Source: Candidatus Saccharimonadota bacterium
GTDB lineage: Bacteria; Patescibacteriota; Saccharimonadia; Saccharimonadales; Saccharimonadaceae
Assembly: GCA_017556795.1 (NCBI GenBank)
Contig: JAFYLZ010000001.1
Location: 55,499-119,498, forward strand
Direction of reading: 5' to 3'
Length of the DNA: 64,000 nt
Position 1 is the first letter of the stretch. Each line of letters starts with the position of its first letter. A program made the position numbers and the translations under genes. This document shows positions 9,039 to 18,463 of the stretch, piece after piece. The notes under the pieces are model-generated. The model made no database searches. It saw nothing but the letters and a program-made list of their open reading frames with translations, and had not been told where the DNA came from.

Positions 9039-9701
9039 ATGACGATCGAAGAGAATATGTCCGTAGAACAATTTTACGAACATAACGTACGTTTGTATCG
9101 CTCAGCGTTGGCAGACGTTGAGCATAAATTAGGAAAATTGGCCGATGTTGACGCATTCGGTATTTCAGAAATCAAGACTAGAATCAAAAGCCTTGATTCC
9201 CTGAAAGAAAAGTGCGACAGAAAAGAAATCCAGACCCAGGATATTCCTGAAAGAATTCGGGACATCGCTGGCGCAAGAATCATTTGCCTTTATCTGGATT
9301 CAGTGTCAACCATTGTCGCTAAAATTCGACAAATGGATGGCATCACGGTTGCGTATGTAAAGGATTACATCTCGCACCCTAAAGAAAATGGCTACAGAGG
9401 CTATCACCTCGAGTGCAGGATCAGTACACAAACTTATGATCCTGAAACCCTAGAGACGATTAGCGATATCGTACCCGTAGAGATACAGGTACGAACTCAG
9501 CACCAGCACGACTGGGCCGAGTTAGAGCATAAGCTCCGCTATAAACCTCAGAAGACCTCATCAGCAGGTCAAGAAGCCGAAGACATCGACGATAAAGTCA
9601 AAAACAAGAAGCTCAAGGAATACGCGGTCAAAATGCATAATGCAGACCTGAAGCGTATGGAGCTTCGAGACACATGCGCTTTTACAAAGCGCATTGACTA
9701 A
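9039..9701 (+). CDS. Small alarmone synthetase (RelA_SpoT domain only)
   Basis: RIKSLDSLKEK, DIAGARII, KENGYRGYH, EIQVRT, WAELEHKLRYK; SD AAGGAGGTGG at 9025-9034 supports ATG 9039. Confidence 0.9.
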   Translation: MTIEENMSVEQFYEHNVRLYRSALADVEHKLGKLADVDAFGISEIKTRIKSLDSLKEKCDRKEIQTQDIPERIRDIAGARIICLYLDSVSTIVAKIRQMDGITVAYVKDYISHPKENGYRGYHLECRISTQTYDPETLETISDIVPVEIQVRTQHQHDWAELEHKLRYKPQKTSSAGQEAEDIDDKVKNKKLKEYAVKMHNADLKRMELRDTCAFTKRID

Positions 9702-9724
9702 TCGAGAGCTGCCACTTGGAAACA

Positions 9725-9754
9725 AAAAGGCCGCCCTTTAAAGGCGGTCTTTTT
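9725..9754. terminator. Bidirectional terminator between the SAS gene and rpsO
   Basis: aaaaaggccgcc-ctttaaa-ggcggtcttttt. Confidence 0.8.
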
Positions 9755-9756
9755 CA

Positions 9757-10023
9757 TTATTTCCTTAAGCCAAGTTTTGCGACGGTCTTCTTGTAAAGTT
9801 CGAAGTCAGTCGTCTCGAGGTATTTGAGCAATTTCTTGCGTTTGCCCACCATTTGCATTAAACCTCTTTTAGCCATAAAGTCATGTTTATTATTCTTGAC
9901 GTGCTCAGTCACCTCTTTGATGCGAGCGGTAAGAATAGCAACTTGAACTTCAGGAGAACCGACATCGTTCTTGTTACGAGCGACGCTGGCAATAGCCTTG
10001 TCTTTATTCTCTTTTGTTATCAT
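9757..10023 (-). CDS. rpsO: 30S ribosomal protein S15
   Basis: DVGSPEVQVAILT...HKDFM-like KRGLMQMVGKRKKLLKYL. Confidence 0.97.
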   Translation of the reverse strand: MITKENKDKAIASVARNKNDVGSPEVQVAILTARIKEVTEHVKNNKHDFMAKRGLMQMVGKRKKLLKYLETTDFELYKKTVAKLGLRK

Positions 10024-10067
10024 GATGGTGATTATACCATATCACCCCAATTCATTCAAGGGGCAAA

Positions 10068-10634
10068 TTAGAACTCAATTTCTTTCAAAACTTCATCTAC
10101 GCGAGCCGTCAACTCTTCGGCCGAGCCGTTATTAAGGGCATAGTAATCAGCTGCCACAATCGGACCGCCCTTCTCGAGGTTTTCAATCTCCGAACGGTCA
10201 CGTTCCTGAATCGCTGCCGTATCAAACGAACGACCCGGACGCATTGCCACACGCTTGTAGCGCAATTTCTTATCAACCACCACAGCTAGGAACGTCAAAA
10301 CCCCTGGAAATTCGTGTTTCAAAGTCTTGTATTCGGTCCAGGAATACACGCCATCAAGCACGATGCGCTTCTGTCCGGCGGCAATCAGGTCCTTCACCTC
10401 GGCAATCACCTGGCGCACGACCCAATCCTTCCCTTCCGTCTCGCGAATCATCTCACGGAACTTCTTCTCGCTCTCACCATCTTCGGTGCGCTCGATCCCG
10501 CGCTTCTCCATTTCTTTGTAAATCATTCCCCCAAAGTAGACTTTTGGATAGCCTTTCTCAGTCAAATGGTCAACCACCACCGACTTGCCACTGCCGCTCA
10601 TACCAACCACGGCCAAAATTTTCACATTTTCCAT
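10068..10634 (-). CDS. P-loop kinase, dephospho-CoA/NMP kinase-like (UPF0200-like)
   Basis: AVVGMSGSGKS P-loop, IVLDG, RDRSEIE, ADY..LNNGS; start placed 6 nt after TGCTATACT. Confidence 0.75.
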   Translation of the reverse strand: MENVKILAVVGMSGSGKSVVVDHLTEKGYPKVYFGGMIYKEMEKRGIERTEDGESEKKFREMIRETEGKDWVVRQVIAEVKDLIAAGQKRIVLDGVYSWTEYKTLKHEFPGVLTFLAVVVDKKLRYKRVAMRPGRSFDTAAIQERDRSEIENLEKGGPIVAADYYALNNGSAEELTARVDEVLKEIEF

Positions 10635-10640
10635 ATCAAT

Positions 10641-10658
10641 AGTATAGCATGTTATAAT
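10641..10658. promoter_or_regulatory. Back-to-back extended -10 boxes (bidirectional promoter)
   Basis: TGCTATACT on minus (10641-10649) abuts TGTTATAAT on plus (10650-10658); each is 6 nt from an ATG. Confidence 0.75.
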
Positions 10659-10664
10659 ATGGGC

Positions 10665-11483
10665 ATGGATTCTTTTTTTACTACCAAAGATCCGCTGGAT
10701 AAGATTATTAAAGAAACTTTTGCTGATAAAAAAATCCTCAAAACCGAGCACATCCTTACCGGATGGACCAACATCGTTATCGAGGTGACTACCGATACAG
10801 GCAATTATTTTTTCCGCTTCCCGCGCAACCCATTCTGGGCCAAGATGATTGTTAAGGATGCCAAATTCTGTAATTTTGTCGACGGCAAGACTAGCTACTA
10901 TACTCCACAAATGACCCTTTATTATGATAAAAATGGCCGTCCGTTCTCTGTTCACAAAAAGATCGAGGGCTACACGCTTGGCGACCGCATCTATCATCTT
11001 TCCCATACCGCTATCGCTGGCGCCGCTTACGACGTCGCTAAATTCATCAAAGAGCTCAGCAAAATCGACCCAAAAACCGCGCCAAAAGATGTGCAGTACC
11101 CTCTTTCAGACTTCTTAAAAGAGCTTGATGACAAGCACTACAAAAATCACCTTCCAGCCGACCACAAATATATCAAAGACACCGAGCAGAATCATTTCGT
11201 GCACGGCGACCTCAACCTCGGCAACATCTTGCTTGATGAAAATGACAAAGTTATCGGCGTCATCGACTTCTGTTTCGCTGGCATCGGCAACCCAAACATG
11301 GACGTTTCCCGCGTAATTTCCCGCCCTGTTCCAGAAGAGTTCAAAGAGGCTTTCCTAAACGAATTCAACGACCAAGCCGAAATTAATCACATGCAGGACA
11401 TCTGGCACGATATCGACGCTGGCTACGCCGACCACATCAAGACGAACTTCCCAGAAATCACCCTGCCAAGTTCAATGGAATAA
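10665..11483 (+). CDS. Aminoglycoside phosphotransferase/choline kinase-like (APH) family kinase
   Basis: GWTNIVIEV, FFRFPR, HGDLNLGNILL, VIGVIDFCFAGIG. Confidence 0.85.
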   Translation: MDSFFTTKDPLDKIIKETFADKKILKTEHILTGWTNIVIEVTTDTGNYFFRFPRNPFWAKMIVKDAKFCNFVDGKTSYYTPQMTLYYDKNGRPFSVHKKIEGYTLGDRIYHLSHTAIAGAAYDVAKFIKELSKIDPKTAPKDVQYPLSDFLKELDDKHYKNHLPADHKYIKDTEQNHFVHGDLNLGNILLDENDKVIGVIDFCFAGIGNPNMDVSRVISRPVPEEFKEAFLNEFNDQAEINHMQDIWHDIDAGYADHIKTNFPEITLPSSME

Positions 11484-11484
11484 T

Positions 11485-12279
11485 ATGGACCCAAGACTGC
11501 AAACTGTCATCGAATACATGAAATCTCACTGGCCAAGCCAGGTCAAAGACGAATGGCAAGTCAAAATCGAAGACTACCCGGCTATCGTTAAAAAGGTCGT
11601 CGCCCTCTGGACTAAGGATGCCACTACTGGCCACGAGCTCGTCCGCATTGCTGGCCTCTCTGGCTCTGGTAAAACCACCCAGCTCCTCCCTGCCGTTGAA
11701 AACTATTTTAAGGAGCACAACAAACAGCCAGTCCTAGTTGCCGCCCGTCGTTTTGTTGAGTTCCATCCTTTTGTTAAAGAAATCGAAGCCACCTACGGCT
11801 CCGAAAATCTGCGCAAAATGACCGACGAATTCTCGACCATCATGATGTTCCTTACCCTTTCCGCCCTCATCGAACAAGGCTACGACATTATTTTGGACGT
11901 TACTTTACTCGATCCAAAAATCGAAGGCGCCCTCATGCAAATGCTCGCCACCAAGAGTTACCAAACTTGGCTTACAATGATTGCTGTTTCCCCAGAAATC
12001 ACCGAAAAATTCCTCGGTGCTCGCGCTTGGCGCCACTCCAAGGCCACCGAAGAAGAATTCATCCGCGCCACCACCGCCGCTCTTAATTTCTATCACGACA
12101 ACTTCCCAGCAACCCGCATCGTCCTCTGGGACGTCTGGGACCTTGAACCAATTTATGACGGCGAAATCAAAGACGCTATCGCAGTTTTCGAAAAATATTC
12201 ACACATTCCCGACTTCACTCCAGAAGCCACCGAAGAGACCCTAAGAGAAGCCAAAATCGCCTATCTAAACAAAAAATAA
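11485..12279 (+). CDS. Zeta-toxin-like P-loop kinase
   Basis: IAGLSGSGKTT, RRFVEFHP, GYDIILDVT resemble the zeta/PezT layout; starts 1 nt after the APH stop. Confidence 0.65.
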   Translation: MDPRLQTVIEYMKSHWPSQVKDEWQVKIEDYPAIVKKVVALWTKDATTGHELVRIAGLSGSGKTTQLLPAVENYFKEHNKQPVLVAARRFVEFHPFVKEIEATYGSENLRKMTDEFSTIMMFLTLSALIEQGYDIILDVTLLDPKIEGALMQMLATKSYQTWLTMIAVSPEITEKFLGARAWRHSKATEEEFIRATTAALNFYHDNFPATRIVLWDVWDLEPIYDGEIKDAIAVFEKYSHIPDFTPEATEETLREAKIAYLNKK

Positions 12280-12306
12280 CCCGCATTCAGAGCGGGGTTA
12301 TTTTTT
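12271..12306. terminator. Bidirectional terminator
   Basis: aaaaaataacccgc...gcggggttattttt overlapping both stop codons. Confidence 0.75.
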
Positions 12307-13203
12307 CATGATCACTTTAAGCGGCTTCTCTGATTTCTTAATCTCAATCTTCGAAATATTCGTAAACACCTGGTACTCGCCCTCAGCCTGCACTTCAACC
12401 GTCGATGGTTTTATGAATTCTAAAACGTCGCCAGTCGTATCGCGGCCCGGCACTTTCCTCAAGATACTGCGGGCCATCAATACCGTCAAATTCCACAAAT
12501 TCACCAGTTTGCCAGTCATGTGGCGAAACTTCTTCGCTGAGAGAAAGCTATCGTTCCCTTTCATCACGCGGCACATACGTCGCCCGTTCACGGCAGCATA
12601 ATCCGACGTCTTTTTGTGCATTGGCACACCGTTTAGTTTAAATTCCGGCAAAAACACCTTCTTATGACGATTCTTGAAATACCACTTCATCAGTAGGATA
12701 TACGAGCGCCAAGAGCTCTTGTGACCCTTCTGCAAGCCCTTACGCACCTTTGAATCGTCAAATAGCTCCACAGCTTCTGCTGTCATGCCAATCGTCGTAT
12801 AGCAAGTCGCGTAGCGATAATGTTTACCATCCACCAAAATCTCTAGCGGCCACATCTTGCGCGTCTTGCCATCTAAAACATCTTCCAATTTCTTCGTACC
12901 AAGCGTCCTAGCCAGGTCGTTAAAGTTACCATATGGCAGCACAGCAAGCGTTGCATCTTTGCCGGATTTCAATACGCCATTTGCCGCAATTACCCCTGTT
13001 GCATCGCCGCCCACGGACAACACCAAATCGCCATCCTCAACCAGCTTTGCGAACTGTTCAACATTTTTATCCACGCCAATGCGCTGGATTTCGTACTTGC
13101 CAATCATATAACCGTTGAGGTTACGCAAGTTCACCAAAACCTCGCGCTCCACATCTTTAAAGCGCGATGATTTTAGGTTATAAACGACTAGCAAACGTTT
13201 CAT
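12298..13203 (-). CDS. Diacylglycerol/lipid kinase family protein
   Basis: VYNLKS, SVGGDAT, LPYGNFNDLARTLG, VQAEGE. Confidence 0.85.
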   Translation of the reverse strand: MKRLLVVYNLKSSRFKDVEREVLVNLRNLNGYMIGKYEIQRIGVDKNVEQFAKLVEDGDLVLSVGGDATGVIAANGVLKSGKDATLAVLPYGNFNDLARTLGTKKLEDVLDGKTRKMWPLEILVDGKHYRYATCYTTIGMTAEAVELFDDSKVRKGLQKGHKSSWRSYILLMKWYFKNRHKKVFLPEFKLNGVPMHKKTSDYAAVNGRRMCRVMKGNDSFLSAKKFRHMTGKLVNLWNLTVLMARSILRKVPGRDTTGDVLEFIKPSTVEVQAEGEYQVFTNISKIEIKKSEKPLKVIMKK

Positions 13204-13204
13204 T

Positions 13205-14368
13205 TTACAAACTTGGCAATAGCCACTTTAGTGCTGCGTATGCGACTACATAAAGCACCACACCAATCACAATCTCAAACAGGCGATGTTTAGCCTTCCT
13301 GGTTCTCTCTTCGTTCCCGCCAGCCGACAGATATTGGACACCGACAACCGTAATGCCCACTACGCTAAGGATACCAACACCAATGGTCATAATATCAATT
13401 ACGAGCTCGATGATACATTTTATGCCTTCACCTTCACCATTGTCCGCTCCACTACAACCCTTCAAAATCGAAGCGTTATTTTTATAATCTATATGACCCT
13501 CATTGTTATACGTCATGTTACCCCAGGTACTTGGCGTAACTGGATCGTCGTCATCGTCGGTAACAGCCGGATCGTCATCGATCTCAGTTTTTGTTCCGCC
13601 GCCGCCCGTAGGAGTTTCTTTTTTCTGGGTATCGTCATTAGTTTCGTCTTTTTTTGTTGTAGTATCATCGTCTTTTTTATACCACCCGCTATTCCAATTA
13701 CCGACATCAAACCCGGCCTCTTTAAGTGCTGTTTCTACAGTGCCATCACAAGTACCCGCAGTAATACTCGTTTTAAAAGTCTTGCTTCCACCCAACTCGG
13801 TGCTAATATACGTCACATCGCTCGCGTTACCTGCTGGAATGTGATTACATTCCACCTTGGCCTTACCACCTTGCTGTCCAACCACATTAGCTTTTTGATC
13901 GCCTTTCCAAATCGATACTACACAACTGTCACTGGCATCAACACCCTTCTTGTTGGTATATCCAACACAATCATAAATTCCTACTCCATTACTCTTTAAT
14001 TGGCTTTCAATATCGTGAACGTTCTTATAATATGGCTTCCCAGCCTGTTGGTGACCATTCACGTATTCAGTAGGCGTTATTTGCTCACCACACTTAAGAT
14101 CCGTCAACTTTTTTGTATGCTCGGCATCACCAGGCGCGATAGTACGCACCACAACATTTGTACCATCACAAGTCACATTGGCAAAATCCGCAACAATTGT
14201 AGCTGAACCATTGTGAGACTTTTCAACATTGCTACCTTCGTAGTGATAGCCTTTATATGTTAGATTGGTACTAATAATCGCCATCGCCCCCTTACTAAAC
14301 ACGCCACAAAAACTCAAGCCAAATGCTACTAATATCGCCAGCACTAAACTCTTCTTAAACTTTTTCAT
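13205..14368 (-). CDS. Secreted protein with a C-terminal TrbC/VirB2-like pilin hairpin
   Basis: N-terminal signal peptide, Cys-containing and acidic middle region, C-terminal two-TM GVQYLSAGGNEERTRKAKHRLFEIVIGVVL. Confidence 0.75.
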   Translation of the reverse strand: MKKFKKSLVLAILVAFGLSFCGVFSKGAMAIISTNLTYKGYHYEGSNVEKSHNGSATIVADFANVTCDGTNVVVRTIAPGDAEHTKKLTDLKCGEQITPTEYVNGHQQAGKPYYKNVHDIESQLKSNGVGIYDCVGYTNKKGVDASDSCVVSIWKGDQKANVVGQQGGKAKVECNHIPAGNASDVTYISTELGGSKTFKTSITAGTCDGTVETALKEAGFDVGNWNSGWYKKDDDTTTKKDETNDDTQKKETPTGGGGTKTEIDDDPAVTDDDDDPVTPSTWGNMTYNNEGHIDYKNNASILKGCSGADNGEGEGIKCIIELVIDIMTIGVGILSVVGITVVGVQYLSAGGNEERTRKAKHRLFEIVIGVVLYVVAYAALKWLLPSL

Positions 14369-14384
14369 TTGGCCTCCTATTTTC

Positions 14385-15359
14385 CTATTTTAAATACTCG
14401 TGTAATTTTTTCGTATCTTTATTCTTGCGTAGCTTCGATAATGCCTTGGCTTCGATCTGACGAATACGCTCGCGGGTCACAGCAAACTCGTTCCCCACCT
14501 CTTCAAGCGTATGTGGACGACCGCCACCAATGCCGAAACGCAAGCGAATAATTTTTTGTTCACGTTCAGACAAAGTCGACAAAATCTCGGCAAGCTGCTC
14601 TTTCAAAATCTGGTTTGCGGCAGAATCTTCTGGCGAATCACGTTCCTCATCCTCGACGAAATCACCGAGTACGGAATCTTCATCGTCGCCTTCATGACCA
14701 ACCGAAGCGTCAAGCGATGCGATGTCTTGCTTAATGCGCATCACATAGTCAACCTTCTCTGGTTCCATATCAAGTTCTTTAGCAATTTCTTCGTTGGTTG
14801 GCTCGCGGTTAAGCTCGGTCGTCAACTTACGGGTAGTACGGAGCACCTTATTAATCGTCTCCACCATGTGCACTGGAATACGAATCGTACGAGCCTGGTC
14901 GGCAATTGCACGGGTAATCGCCTGGCGAATCCACCAGGTTGCATAAGTCGAAAACTTAAAGCCTTTTTCTGGGTCGAACTTCTCAACCGCGCGGAGCAAA
15001 CCGGTGTTTCCCTCTTGAATCAAATCAAGAAAATCAAGACCGCGGCCACCATAACGCTTCGCAATCGAAACCACAAGACGCATGTTTGACTCGACCATTT
15101 TATCCTTGGCTTTTTTATCACCCTTCACAATTCTCTGAGCGAGCTCTTGCTCTTCCTCAGCCGAAAGCAAAGGAATCTTACCAATTTCTCTAAGATATAA
15201 TCTAACTGAATCGTCTGCAAAAGAGTCGACGTTCTCGACCGTAATCGCAAGATCTTCATCCGAAAGCTCTTCTTCATCGGCCAAATCAACCGATTCTGGC
15301 TCATCAAAATCTAACGATACATCTTTTGCATCCAAAATATCATCTTTTTCGTCATCCAT
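14385..15359 (-). CDS. rpoD: RNA polymerase sigma factor RpoD
   Basis: [60 protein letters not shown]. Confidence 0.98.
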   Translation of the reverse strand: MDDEKDDILDAKDVSLDFDEPESVDLADEEELSDEDLAITVENVDSFADDSVRLYLREIGKIPLLSAEEEQELAQRIVKGDKKAKDKMVESNMRLVVSIAKRYGGRGLDFLDLIQEGNTGLLRAVEKFDPEKGFKFSTYATWWIRQAITRAIADQARTIRIPVHMVETINKVLRTTRKLTTELNREPTNEEIAKELDMEPEKVDYVMRIKQDIASLDASVGHEGDDEDSVLGDFVEDEERDSPEDSAANQILKEQLAEILSTLSEREQKIIRLRFGIGGGRPHTLEEVGNEFAVTRERIRQIEAKALSKLRKNKDTKKLHEYLK

Positions 15360-15373
15360 TAATACAAGTATAA

Positions 15374-17023
15374 CTATTTTTGCTTTTTTTGCAAGGTTTG
15401 GAGCTCTTTTAGCACCTCTTGATATTCCGGACTTTCCTCATCAATTTCGGCCAGTTTCGCAGCCAATTCTTCGCGCCTCAAAACTGCCATTTCTTCTTCG
15501 TAGCGTTTCAAGAGTTCGCGGGCTTCTTTTTCGAGCGCTGTCGCCGTCATTTCTGCCTCATCAACCTTCTCGTGATCATGGGCAAACACCAGCTCGAGCT
15601 CACTGAGACGCGCCTCATCTTCTGGCACTTCCAGAGGAATCGTCAAGGTTACCCCGCCGTAGACTTTCAAAGCCAGCAAACTATCTTCAATTCCCTTCAG
15701 CCTCTCGTTCTTCGCCACCGTCTTAGCAGACTTGTAATACTTGCGACCAGAATTCTCCAACTTTTCCGCCAAACGCTCGCCTTTCTTGCGCAAATCTTCT
15801 ACCGCCACACCAAGCTTGTCCGCCACCATCTTCTCGTAGCCAGCACGCTCCACTTCATCCTTAATTTTGCTGAGTAGTTTCAGCGCCACATCCGAGTATT
15901 TACGACGACCCGCGCCACTACCGAGGTCCAATCTCTCCTCGTATTTAGCGAGCAACCAATCGGTCGCTGGAATTTTTTTGTTCACGGCGTCCTGCCACAA
16001 AGCCGGATCTTTTTGAATCAGCTCATCAGGGTCTTTTGCACCATGATAATCGGAAATAATCGAAAGGTCGAGGCCAAGATCCCCCGCCATTTCAATCGCA
16101 CGCTCCGCCGCCTTCACGCCAGCCTCGTCGCCATCATAAGCCAAACGAATATCCGAAGTTAAATTCGACAAAATCTTCAAATGTTGATCGGTCATCGCCG
16201 TACCAGAAGTCGCCACCGCCGTCTTCACGCCAGCTTGATGTGAAGAAATCACATCCATGTTCCCTTCCACAATCACCACATACCCCTCACGACGAATCGC
16301 TTCCTTCGCCTGATGCAGACCAAAGATAAAACGACTCTTGTTAAACAGCAACGTATCCGACGTATTCAAATATTTCGGCTCACTTTTGTCCAGCACACGC
16401 GCCGTAAAACCAATCACATTCCCCACATTATCGATGAATGGCACCATCATGCGCCCGCGGAACATGTCCTTGTCATACTGATTTAAAAGCCCGGCAGTAC
16501 GTAGTTCCGCCACCGAAAAACCACGTTTCATCAAAACTTGTTTCAAAGCCGTACCGGTCTCTGGCGAATAGCCAATCTTAAATTCTTCCACTGTCTTGCG
16601 GTTTAAATTACGGCGATAGAACACGTAGTCGCAAACTTTGCGGCTCTTCATCATGCACGCCTGGTAATACTTGGTCGCAAGTGCCAAAGCCTCCCGTGCG
16701 CGCGCCTTCTTCTTCGACACTTCCGCATCGCCACCCTGATAGCGCGACAAATCCACCCCGGCCTGCGCCGCTAATTTCTCAATCGCCTCGCGAAAAGTAA
16801 TCCCCTCAACCTCCATCACAAAAGTAAAAATGTCACCGCCCTTATTGGCCGAAAAATCGTGCCAAATCCCCTTTTCCGGTGATACCATAAACGAAGGAGT
16901 CTTATCGACGCCCCAAGGCGAACGCCCTTTTAATGATCTTCCTGCGCGCTTCAACTCTATATATTGCCCAACCACATCTTCAACGGGAAGGCGCGCTTTT
17001 ATCTCCTCCTTCGCATCGTTCAT
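15374..17023 (-). CDS. dnaG: DNA primase
   Basis: [42 protein letters not shown]. Confidence 0.96.
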   Translation of the reverse strand: MNDAKEEIKARLPVEDVVGQYIELKRAGRSLKGRSPWGVDKTPSFMVSPEKGIWHDFSANKGGDIFTFVMEVEGITFREAIEKLAAQAGVDLSRYQGGDAEVSKKKARAREALALATKYYQACMMKSRKVCDYVFYRRNLNRKTVEEFKIGYSPETGTALKQVLMKRGFSVAELRTAGLLNQYDKDMFRGRMMVPFIDNVGNVIGFTARVLDKSEPKYLNTSDTLLFNKSRFIFGLHQAKEAIRREGYVVIVEGNMDVISSHQAGVKTAVATSGTAMTDQHLKILSNLTSDIRLAYDGDEAGVKAAERAIEMAGDLGLDLSIISDYHGAKDPDELIQKDPALWQDAVNKKIPATDWLLAKYEERLDLGSGAGRRKYSDVALKLLSKIKDEVERAGYEKMVADKLGVAVEDLRKKGERLAEKLENSGRKYYKSAKTVAKNERLKGIEDSLLALKVYGGVTLTIPLEVPEDEARLSELELVFAHDHEKVDEAEMTATALEKEARELLKRYEEEMAVLRREELAAKLAEIDEESPEYQEVLKELQTLQKKQK

Positions 17024-17087
17024 ATCTATAGTATAGCACAGCTAAAAATAATTCGTCTCACAGGGCGCTTCATGCTATAATAAGCTT

Positions 17088-17693
17088 ATGGATAATCAAG
17101 CCTATCTAAATCAAATTTCCGCAAGCAACCGCCCTGAAAAAACCTCTAAACTTTCAGGCCTCCTCAAGAACAACATCTTCAAAATCAGTATTATCACAGT
17201 TGGCTTGTTTATTCTCATCTTTATCATCGGGCAAATTCTTTCTGGTCTTAAGGGCGATGTCAAACAAGATTTCTTCGACTTTAAAGTCCGCCTCGACAAC
17301 ACGTCCAAAACCATCAAGAGCTACCAAGGCCTAGTCAAATCTTCTCGCCTACGTTCTTATTCCGCTTCGCTCGCTACCATTATTTCCTCCACCACCAAAG
17401 CCACCGACGACTATGCTTCAAAAGCTTATCCAAAGGTTAAAATCGCCGGCACCGAAGCTGTTACCAAAGCCGCCGAGGAGCTCGAAAACGATCTTCACGA
17501 TGCTAAAATCAATGGTTTCCTAGATCGTGTTTACGCTCGTAAACTCGCTTACGAAATCTCCGTCATCATGGCCGAAGAATCCAAGCTCATCAAATCCATC
17601 AAAGATACTGAATACCAAAAAGCTCTCCAGAGCTCCTACGACAGTCTCTCCGTCATCAAAGATTCATTTGCATCTTTCTCCGAAACCAAATAG
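17088..17693 (+). CDS. Hypothetical membrane-anchored helical protein
   Basis: One TM segment near the N-terminus, host-like codons, TGCTATAAT 6 nt before the ATG. Confidence 0.8.
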   Translation: MDNQAYLNQISASNRPEKTSKLSGLLKNNIFKISIITVGLFILIFIIGQILSGLKGDVKQDFFDFKVRLDNTSKTIKSYQGLVKSSRLRSYSASLATIISSTTKATDDYASKAYPKVKIAGTEAVTKAAEELENDLHDAKINGFLDRVYARKLAYEISVIMAEESKLIKSIKDTEYQKALQSSYDSLSVIKDSFASFSETK

Positions 17694-17719
17694 TGTTATA
17701 ATTTGGGAAAAGGAGTTTT

Positions 17720-18172
17720 ATGAAAAAGGCAAAAGACAGTCTCAAAAAAATTGGCGGCAAGTCTAAAGGCTTCCGCAAGGAATTTATTGAATTTATCAAC
17801 CGTGGCAGCGTGATGGATCTCGCCGTAGGTATCATCATTGGTTCTGCATTCACCGCTATCGTCAACTCACTCGTTAACGATATCGTCATGCCGCTCGTCT
17901 CGCTCGTTGGCGGTGGTTTCGACTTCACTTCCCTTTCCGTGCAAGTCGGCGATGCTACCATCACCTATGGTAACTTCGTTCAAAACGTTGTTAACTTCCT
18001 TATCGTCGCGCTCGTCGTCTTCATCATGATTAAAATCTTGAACAGCATCCGCGCTCGCGCTGAAAGGCTCAAGAAAAAAGAAGAAGCCGCTGCTGCCGAA
18101 GAGGAGAAAAAAGAAGAAGACGAAACCGTCAAACTTCTCCGCGAAATTCGAAACGTTATGATCAAGAAATAA
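17720..18172 (+). CDS. mscL: Large-conductance mechanosensitive channel
   Basis: EFINRGSVMDLAVGIIIGSAFTAIVNSLVNDIVMP...YGNFVQNVVNFLIV...LLREIR. Confidence 0.96.
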   Translation: MKKAKDSLKKIGGKSKGFRKEFIEFINRGSVMDLAVGIIIGSAFTAIVNSLVNDIVMPLVSLVGGGFDFTSLSVQVGDATITYGNFVQNVVNFLIVALVVFIMIKILNSIRARAERLKKKEEAAAAEEEKKEEDETVKLLREIRNVMIKK

Positions 18173-18463
18173 TTAATCTTTGCTCAAATTGTAGCTCAAG
18201 CGAACGAGGTCATCGACCTCGTTTTCTTGTAGTTGGCCGGACATTACAATCTCGATGCCGCCACGTCCAAAATAACGTGACTCCATCACTGACTCATATT
18301 TCTCTCTTAAAAACTTGCCGAGCTTTTCATCGCAACGTACTTCAACCGTGTTTTTATTAAGTACCAAAAAAACCTTTTCATTCACGAAAAACAGCTCACG
18401 TTCCTTCTCGGTTTTCTTAGTAAATTCACCAATTCCACTTACTTTAGAAACGTCGTATACCAT
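18173..18463 (-). CDS. MmcQ/YjbR-family protein
   Basis: KVFLVL, VRCD...LREKYESV, LVRLSYNL pattern. Confidence 0.65.
   Translation of the reverse strand: MVYDVSKVSGIGEFTKKTEKERELFFVNEKVFLVLNKNTVEVRCDEKLGKFLREKYESVMESRYFGRGGIEIVMSGQLQENEVDDLVRLSYNLSKD

Noticed and set aside
10635-11006. ORF-track extension of the P-loop kinase, and the matching 10314 extension of the APH ORF
   Set aside because: Each extension is antisense to the other real gene; the back-to-back promoter fixes starts at 10634 and 10665
10665-11483. APH gene as an antibiotic-resistance determinant
   Set aside because: Only fold-level motifs are visible; the family includes many non-antibiotic kinases
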